Shown here piece by piece: positions 6,694-12,188 of a stretch of DNA of 12,188 nucleotides. The stretch comes from Candidatus Micrarchaeota archaeon (GTDB lineage: Archaea; Micrarchaeota; Micrarchaeia; Norongarragalinales; Norongarragalinaceae). Below the pieces are notes generated by a model, which was given only the letters and a program-made list of their open reading frames with translations, was not told the origin of the DNA and searched no databases. Positions within the stretch are counted from its first letter, which is position 1. Each line of letters starts with the position of its first letter. The position numbers were made by a program, and so were the translations under genes. Location: the NCBI GenBank assembly GCA_037444485.1, contig JBBIMI010000023.1:1-12188 (forward strand), given 5' to 3'.

Positions 6694-8136
6694 TTACACG
6701 CTTTGATTGCTTTGGTTTGCGCTTTGATTCAAGTGACTTGATTGGCTTTGATTCGATTGACTTGATTGGTTCGACTGCGCGGGCGTAGGCGTTGGCGTCG
6801 GGAGCGCGCTTGGTGTTGCCGTTGCAGTTGGCAAACCGATTACTTCACCTGTTTCAAGGTTTTTGTAAACCGCGTTTTGCAACGCGTTCATGTTGCGGAA
6901 CACGAACCACCCGTCACTCTCGATGCTGCCAACCTGCTCCCAAACCTGCTTTAAAGCCCCGTAAACGCTTGCTTCCGGCGACAACAACACTGTTGGAACG
7001 AGCGTTACGTTGTAGGCTTTAGTCAAGTTCTTCCCGCGAGTCGAATTCACTTCAACCTCAGTCTCGTTGAAAACAAACACGCCCATCCGCTCTAAAACCT
7101 GCTTGTGTAGCTTGACGTCGTAACACGCGCTGCAAGTGGAGTCCTTCAAGTAAACCAATTCCACCAAACCCTCGATCTTGCCGGTAGTCAAGTTTACGAA
7201 AGGCGGCGTGGTGGCGCGCAGCACGAGCGAACCGTCCGGCTCGACGCTTCCAACGCGAGGCCATAACGCCGCGACCTGCGGGTATTCGTTCAAGTCGCTC
7301 GACGCGATCAGCGAGGGAACAGTCGAAATGTTGTACGCCGCGACTAGCTTCTTGCCTTCGTCGCTCGAATAATCGACGACGCGCTCGCTGGACACCGCGA
7401 CTCCCAAGCCAACCGGCGGTTTTCCTGCAAGTTGGCTTACGAGCAGCGACACGTTGAAGCACTGCGTGCAGTTTGACGCGATTAAAGAAACGAATTCCAC
7501 CCGTCCTACGACGCGTTTTTTATCTACGTCGTAATAAGGCGGCTGCTGCGAAACAAGGACGAAAGTGCCGTCACTAGCTTGCGAAGCGATTGGCGAAAGA
7601 AAAGCGCTTGCTTCAGAACGCCGTTTTTCTTCGCTTGAAATCAAGAGTGTAGGAAGTTTTTTCACACCATACTTTGAAACAAGTGCGCTCGCTTCAGCGT
7701 CAGAGTAATCGAGAACGCGAACGCTTAAAACCGCGCCCTTCGCTCTTAACTCTTGCAGCACAGTGTCGACGTCGAAACAATCACTGCAGTCCGGAGCGCG
7801 AATGCGCGTGACGCTCAAAGAAAGCGGTGCAGCAGGCGCCGGGCTCGCGCCAGCTCTGCTGGCGCCTCCACTTATTCCGCTTAGAATGAAAACGTTTGCA
7901 GTGATTACGGCGATTAAGATGACTACTAACCCAATTATAATTCCATAGTTTTGTGAAACGCGTTTCGACAACTGCGACTGCGGTGAGTGCGGCTGCTGCA
8001 AGTGTTGCTGCGACTGTGGCGGCTGCTGCAGCTGTAACTTGCTTTTCTCGTGTTCTGCGTGCGTCTCGCCGTGCGCTGCGTGAGCTGCGTGCTCGTGTTG
8101 TTCACGCGTTTCGTGTTTTTTCTCTTCTTCAGTCAA
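6694..8136 (-). CDS. Membrane-anchored surface protein with three tandem CxxC thioredoxin-like repeats and a His-rich N-terminus
   Basis: His/Glu-rich then Gln-rich N-terminus; one TM (IIIGLVVILIAVITANVFILSGI); CSDCFDV, CTQCFNV and CSACYDV, each followed by YxVxxLPT/VPS/VPT and DGxxVxx; Pro/Thr and NQS-rich tail. TTG start with GGAG/GGTG upstream. Confidence 0.85.
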   Translation of the reverse strand: MTEEEKKHETREQHEHAAHAAHGETHAEHEKSKLQLQQPPQSQQHLQQPHSPQSQLSKRVSQNYGIIIGLVVILIAVITANVFILSGISGGASRAGASPAPAAPLSLSVTRIRAPDCSDCFDVDTVLQELRAKGAVLSVRVLDYSDAEASALVSKYGVKKLPTLLISSEEKRRSEASAFLSPIASQASDGTFVLVSQQPPYYDVDKKRVVGRVEFVSLIASNCTQCFNVSLLVSQLAGKPPVGLGVAVSSERVVDYSSDEGKKLVAAYNISTVPSLIASSDLNEYPQVAALWPRVGSVEPDGSLVLRATTPPFVNLTTGKIEGLVELVYLKDSTCSACYDVKLHKQVLERMGVFVFNETEVEVNSTRGKNLTKAYNVTLVPTVLLSPEASVYGALKQVWEQVGSIESDGWFVFRNMNALQNAVYKNLETGEVIGLPTATATPSALPTPTPTPAQSNQSSQSNQSQSSHLNQSANQSNQSV

Positions 8137-8442
8137 TTATGCACCAACTCCTGAAAACTTTTTTGAAAAGCCTTTCACAGCAACGCGTTGTTTCGCGTAC
8201 TGCCAGTTGAAGTTAGAGGTAACCCCTTTAATCTGTTTTTGAAACCATTCACTTCAAGAAAAAAGCTTTTTTACGAGTTTTTACGAACTTTATAGTAAAA
8301 TTATAGTGAAATGTTAGTGTATAGTAAAATGGTTTGCGGTAGAAAAAGCTTTTGAAAGCGCGTGCGCGGCGCAGGCGCGGCGCTTTCTCTCAGCTTTCTA
8401 AAAGTTTTTCTAGTTAGTTTTTCTGGTTTTTTTCGTTTTGTT

Positions 8443-8706
8443 TTAGCAACCGCCAACCATTGAAGGCAAGTTAGGCGATTGCGTGGGGTTCAAGTTGCTC
8501 GGCAGATTTGCTTGACCGCCGCTCGCGCCGCTTGCTTGCGCGCCGCTCGCTTGCGCGCCGCTGCTTGCGGGCGCTTGCGTTTTAGCTTGCGTGTATTGCG
8601 TCAATCCAAGCAGTTGAATTGACTGCACTGCGGCTACCAGCACTAGGATTGCCAGCAAGCCCACCAACAACAATTGCTTGTCCAAACTTTTTTTCACCTC
8701 AACCAT
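8443..8706 (-). CDS. Small membrane-anchored protein with a low-complexity linker and C-terminal PSMVGGC
   Basis: Basic N-terminus, one TM (LLLVGLLAILVLVAAV), SGAQA repeats, and a single Cys as the last residue. It has the same C-terminus as the upstream gene. Confidence 0.85.
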   Translation of the reverse strand: MVEVKKSLDKQLLLVGLLAILVLVAAVQSIQLLGLTQYTQAKTQAPASSGAQASGAQASGASGGQANLPSNLNPTQSPNLPSMVGGC

Positions 8707-8745
8707 TTTTTTAAAATTAAATAAAAAATGTTTTTAAAAATGTTT

Positions 8746-9495
8746 TTAGCAACCGCCAACCATTGACGGCGCATTAATCCCGCTACCGCTTTTCGAAACA
8801 GGCGGCTTGAAGCCGTTCGCAGTAATCTTGATTACTGTCGGCGTTTCGCCTGCTGACGCGAACGCGACCGCTTTTTCTATACTATTTTTCGGAAAGAACA
8901 AAATCTTCCATTTTCCGAGTTCTTCAAGCATTTGTTCTTCAGTGAATTCGTTCGAGTGCTTGTCAACCAAGTAAGCCAAAAGCCCGCGCATTGCAGCGCT
9001 GTGCGCGCAACCGCAAGCCGCCCTGCCCTGCGAGTCGATTATGGAAGGCGCTCCGCAGCAATACTCGCAAGAAATTTTCAACCCTACGCGCACATATTTT
9101 TGCAGGTTCTCGCCTGAAAGTTGAATCCCTCCGTCGAACTGCGCTAGTTTTTTCATGCTGTTCACTGGGTCTTCAAAACTGACTCCGAGTTCTGGCCCGT
9201 AAACGCGTGGAACGCCGCGAGGCACGAGCTGCGTTATGAGCGTGTTGACGTCGACAGCACCGCCAGCGCCTCCGCTTCCAGCGGCGAGCGTTGTCGTAGT
9301 AGCACTCGAAGCAGCTATGCTGGACAAGCTTAGTATCATGAATTGGTTGAAAGCAATTACTCCAATCGCGAGCGCTATAAGCGCGTAAACCGCTTTAGGA
9401 ATGCTTCCAGATTTCGATTCCACTGACTTTGATTCCACTGATTCAGTTTTTTCTTTTCCTTTTCCTTCGAACGCCAAACCACCCACCTCACTCAT
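8746..9495 (-). CDS. Membrane-anchored Cys-cluster protein (CEYCC...CGCAH) with C-terminal PSMVGGC
   Basis: One TM (AVYALIALAIGVIAFNQFMILSL), a Ser/Thr/Gly linker, a globular domain with CEYCC-x12-CGCAH, and the terminal PSMVGGC. Confidence 0.85.
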   Translation of the reverse strand: MSEVGGLAFEGKGKEKTESVESKSVESKSGSIPKAVYALIALAIGVIAFNQFMILSLSSIAASSATTTTLAAGSGGAGGAVDVNTLITQLVPRGVPRVYGPELGVSFEDPVNSMKKLAQFDGGIQLSGENLQKYVRVGLKISCEYCCGAPSIIDSQGRAACGCAHSAAMRGLLAYLVDKHSNEFTEEQMLEELGKWKILFFPKNSIEKAVAFASAGETPTVIKITANGFKPPVSKSGSGINAPSMVGGC

Positions 9496-9670
9496 TCTCG
9501 TACATCCAATTTAATGTATCCACTTAACACATCCACCGCGCATCCACCAAAAAATATTATTACTAAAAAATATTATTGCAAATCCTACATCCAGTAAAAA
9601 ATATTATTGCAAACCCCCACAAAAAAATTATAAACCCCACAAAAAAATTACAAACCCACGAAAAGAATAT

Positions 9671-9756
9671 TATTACAAGTTTTGTTTTTATTACAAGTTT
9701 TATTATTACAAGTTTTATTATTACAAGTTTGTTATTACAAGTTTTGTAAAACTTGT
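9671..9756. promoter_or_regulatory. Candidate operator array for the BlaI-family repressor
   Basis: TATTACAAGTTT at 9671, 9689, 9704, 9719 and 9733. The last copy lies in two overlapping inverted repeats: TTACAA-GTT-TTGTAA (9735-9749) and ACAAGTTTT-GT-AAAACTTGT (9737-9756). BlaI/MecI/CopY proteins bind TACA/TGTA half-sites. Confidence 0.6.
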
Positions 9757-9780
9757 TGAAGATAGTTGTTGCAGAAGCCG

Positions 9781-9817
9781 TATTTAAAGCTTTGCATTTT
9801 TTGTAAAGGTTTAAAAA
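9781..9817. promoter_or_regulatory. Back-to-back archaeal-type TATA/BRE-like elements of a divergent promoter
   Basis: Minus strand reads AAAGC-TTTAAATA (box 9788-9781), pointing to the MVGGC genes. Plus strand reads AAAGG-TTTAAAAA (box 9810-9817), pointing to the repressor. The region is AT-rich, so chance matches are possible. Confidence 0.5.
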
Positions 9818-9842
9818 CCCGGATTACCAAGTTAATAACAAG

Positions 9843-9898
9843 CAACAAACACAACAAGCAAGCCAAACAACAAACACAACAAGCAAGCCAAACAACAA
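9843..9898. repeat. Perfect 25-bp tandem repeat (about 2.2 copies), T-free on the + strand
   Basis: CAACAAACACAACAAGCAAGCCAAA at 9843-9867 and 9868-9892, then a partial CAACAA. Confidence 0.95.
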
Positions 9899-9972
9899 CG
9901 TGTCGTAAATAAACGGGTTCTTGTTAAGGTGTTGTTATAGAGTGTTGTTAGAGTGTTAAAGCGTGAAAAAAA

Positions 9973-10425
9973 ATGGTTGAAGTTAACCGGCTTAGGTTCG
10001 AGAAAAAGGGTTTAACGACGCTATTCAGTCCTTTAGAAGCAAGCGTGCTTGAAGTGCTCTGGCAACCAGAAAAAGGCGATAACGCGAGCACGAGCAGCAC
10101 AAACGGCGCGGACGCAGGAAAGCAAGTGAAAGGCATGCGTGTCCGCGAGATTCACGAAGCGCTTGCTGCGAAGAAAAAAGTGGCTTTAACGAGCGTTGCC
10201 GTGATTCTAGACAGGCTTTACGCGAAGGGCATAGTTGCGCGTAAGGTAGAGTACGGCAAGGGTGGGCCTCATTACTTGTATTTTCCGAAAACTTCTAAGA
10301 ACGAGCTAGAATACTCTGTTCTCGACAACGCTGTTAAAAACTTGATTAAAGTGTTCGGGCCAATTGCAGTAAACTATTTTAACGAAAAATTCGGCGATTT
10401 AAGGAAAGGGAAAAACAATGCTTGA
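9973..10425 (+). CDS. BlaI/MecI/CopY-family winged-helix transcriptional repressor
   Basis: FSPLEASVLEVLW, VREIHEAL, recognition helix ALTSVAVILDRLYAKGIVAR, wing ending YLYFP, and a C-terminal dimerisation region (VKNLIKVFGPIAVNYF). No cysteines. Confidence 0.9.
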   Translation: MVEVNRLRFEKKGLTTLFSPLEASVLEVLWQPEKGDNASTSSTNGADAGKQVKGMRVREIHEALAAKKKVALTSVAVILDRLYAKGIVARKVEYGKGGPHYLYFPKTSKNELEYSVLDNAVKNLIKVFGPIAVNYFNEKFGDLRKGKNNA

Positions 10426-11227
10426 AATGAGTGACGTGTTGCTGAACAGCTTCCAAGTATTTCTAGCGAATCCATTAAACTTGGCGATTACGCTCTCTTC
10501 AGCAGCCTTCGCAACCGCTTTCTTTTACGCGAGCGCTAAAAGCAATTGCAATTCGCTGAAGAAAAAAATTGCGTTCGCGTACGCCGGCCTCGCGTTCGCG
10601 TTCCTGCCGCTCGAACTAATCGCGTTTTCCGCGACTTGCTACCAAATGGGTTTCGACTGCGCAGTCATCCTATACAAGATGTTCGCGTTATTCACTCCCT
10701 TAGCAATCGCAACCGCCTTCGCTGCAAGCGCCATTCTAATGCCGGCATTAATAGCGTGGACGAGCAAGGGCCGCGAAATACGGGAAGGCTGGATCCACGA
10801 ATTCGTGAAAAAACAAGGCGAAAAGACAGGCGTAAAGAACGCGCGCGTTTACTGTCTTGATTCACAGAAGCCAACCGCGTTTTCGTTTAAGAGCTTGGGT
10901 TTTCAGCCGAGCGTGTTTCTGTCAATCGGCTTGCTTGACGTGTTGACGAAGAACGAAGTCAAAGCAGTTTTGCTTCACGAACTCGCGCACTTAAAGAAAG
11001 GAGACTCTGTTTTAAAGGCTTCAACGCAAGCGTTGAAGTTGTTTCTGCCGTTCAACGCGGCGAAAACGTTCTCGCACTCGTTCTTGCGGGGCTTGAACGC
11101 TGAAGAAAAAGCGGCGGACGAATTCGCTTGCAGCGTGCAAGGCACGAACAAGTTTTTAAAGAACGCGAAAGCGAAACTCGCGGAATTCGACCAGGGTTCG
11201 ACGCTTGCAGCTAAAAACCTTATATAA
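10418..11227 (+). CDS. BlaR1-like membrane zinc metallopeptidase (M56/M48), lacking a penicillin-binding sensor domain
   Basis: Three N-terminal hydrophobic segments; PTAFSF, VFLSIGLLDVLTKNEVKAVLLHELAH (HExxH) and EEKAADEFA (third ligand, ExxAD). Overlaps the repressor gene by 8 nt, suggesting translational coupling. Confidence 0.9.
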   Translation: MLEMSDVLLNSFQVFLANPLNLAITLSSAAFATAFFYASAKSNCNSLKKKIAFAYAGLAFAFLPLELIAFSATCYQMGFDCAVILYKMFALFTPLAIATAFAASAILMPALIAWTSKGREIREGWIHEFVKKQGEKTGVKNARVYCLDSQKPTAFSFKSLGFQPSVFLSIGLLDVLTKNEVKAVLLHELAHLKKGDSVLKASTQALKLFLPFNAAKTFSHSFLRGLNAEEKAADEFACSVQGTNKFLKNAKAKLAEFDQGSTLAAKNLI

Positions 11228-11447
11228 AACTAAAAAAAAACTCGAAACCTGAAAACCTAAAAACTTGAAACCTAAACTAAAAAAACTCGATTCCCGCGAA
11301 ACCGGGAAACTAGTTTCAAAAAAACAATTCGCTTTAAAATCGTGTTTTTAAACCCTTCCAACGTTTTCCCCTCAAGCAAATTAAAGACAACTGCGATAAA
11401 GCCAAACAAAACTGTTTTTAAAAACAAACGCGCCAAAACAAAGCAAT

Positions 11448-12089
11448 ATGACTAAAGCGCTTTGCGTGAGCGACGCGCACGCAGACGAGCAAGCCCTCGC
11501 GTTCCTAAAAAAATTTTTGCGGGAAGAAAAGCCAGAACTCGTGCTAGCAGCAGGCGACTTGACGCAAAACGGGCCCGTCGACTACGCTGAAGACTTTCTC
11601 GATGCGATTCGCGACGCTGGCGCGGATTTCTTCACGATTCACGGCAACTGCGACCCGCTGCGCGTCAAAATGCTTCTCGACGCGAAAGGCAACTCGATTC
11701 ACGCGCGCCGCGTCGAATGGCGTGGATTCGCGTTCGCTGGCTTCGGCGGCTCGCCGCCAACTCCGCACGGAACGCTCATCGAGTACTCGGAAGCAGACAT
11801 CTACAAGCAACTCTCGCCCCTCGTCGACAACAAAACAATCGTCGTCACGCATTTTCCGCCGCACGGAATCCTTGACGAAACGCGTGACCTCAAACACGCG
11901 GGCAGCTTGAGCCTCCGCAAAATAATTGAAGAAAAAAAGCCGCGCGCCGTCGTGTGCGCGCACATTCACGAACGTGAAGGCGAACGGCAAGCGTTGACGA
12001 CGAAAGTAGTCAAGCTCGCGCCCCTCGAACACGGCAAAGCAGTCGCGCTAGAACTCGAAACGCTGGCGGCGCGTTTTTTAAAGATTTAA
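11448..12089 (+). CDS. Calcineurin-like metallophosphoesterase (Icc-related)
   Basis: Motifs VSDAH, AGDLT, HGNCD, VTHFPP and CAHIHE. Confidence 0.92.
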   Translation: MTKALCVSDAHADEQALAFLKKFLREEKPELVLAAGDLTQNGPVDYAEDFLDAIRDAGADFFTIHGNCDPLRVKMLLDAKGNSIHARRVEWRGFAFAGFGGSPPTPHGTLIEYSEADIYKQLSPLVDNKTIVVTHFPPHGILDETRDLKHAGSLSLRKIIEEKKPRAVVCAHIHEREGERQALTTKVVKLAPLEHGKAVALELETLAARFLKI

Positions 12090-12126
12090 AAAAAATATAA
12101 AATATTATACACTTTACTGCATGCAA

Positions 12127-12188
12127 TTACTCCCCTACCTTTTGCATTTTGCACTCAGTTAATTTTCCCTCCGCGTCTACTTCACAAT
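12127..12188 (-). CDS. Possible 3' end of a convergent gene running in from the right edge (...CEVDAEGKLTECKMQKVGE*)
   Basis: Open frame from the window edge to TAA at 12129-12127, followed by an AT-rich spacer. Too short to assign a function. Confidence 0.4.
   Translation of the reverse strand, partial: CEVDAEGKLTECKMQKVGE

Noticed and set aside
8443..8466. SoxY, or a ubiquitin-like (SAMP/MoaD/ThiS) sulfur carrier
   Set aside because: The tail ends GGC rather than GGCGG or GG, and neither protein shows a SoxY or beta-grasp domain. Kept only as an analogy.
8443..8748. Selenocysteine read-through extending GGC to a GCU-type redox tail
   Set aside because: Both MVGGC genes end in TAA, not TGA.
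9500..9900. CRISPR array in the repeat-rich intergenic region
   Set aside because: Units are 6-25 bp, abutting or separated by only a few bases, with no unique 30-40 bp spacers. No cas genes are in the window.
9973..11227. Beta-lactam resistance regulators blaI/blaR1, or copper repressor copY
   Set aside because: There is no penicillin-binding domain or beta-lactamase, and no C-terminal CxC motif. Only family-level calls are supported.
988..12032. Alternative-frame and antisense ORFs in the track (e.g. 988-1182, 2258-2626, 3875-4189, 4962-5486, 7058-7462, 10546-10860, 11544-12032)
   Set aside because: They overlap well-supported genes and carry no recognisable motifs; they are shadow ORFs.

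Overview
A gene-dense 12.2-kb prokaryotic window. It is most likely archaeal, with a DPANN-like style; this is an inference from GAGGTG/GGTG ribosome-binding sites, TTTAAA(T/A)A TATA-like boxes and sequon-rich surface proteins. The left edge holds an IS200/IS605-type subterminal hairpin next to an orphan gene tail. After it come a CE4 polysaccharide deacetylase, a membrane-anchored HAD hydrolase split by one extra A in an A8 run, and a histidine phosphatase. The core (2.7-11.2 kb) is a run of eight minus-strand genes: two membrane-anchored proteins that both end in PSMVGGC, a protein with three CxxC repeats and a His-rich N-terminus, a truncated or chimeric CGHC protein, a SufS-type cysteine desulfurase, a membrane-domain/DsbA fusion, a membrane-anchored thioredoxin and a YvoF-like O-acetyltransferase. 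This run is divergent from a cysteine-free BlaI/MecI-family repressor and a BlaR1-like (M56/M48) membrane Zn-peptidase. The shared intergenic region has back-to-back TATA-like boxes, a TACA/TGTA-containing palindrome and five tandem half-site copies. The best candidate for an undescribed system is a proteolytically regulated, extracytoplasmic thiol-redox or metal-handling module that uses a C-terminal 'MVGGC' cysteine arm. Most of the longer intergenic spacers are also built from locus-specific short tandem duplications. A metallophosphoesterase and a partial minus-strand ORF close the window. All assignments come from motif recognition by eye; no searches were run.
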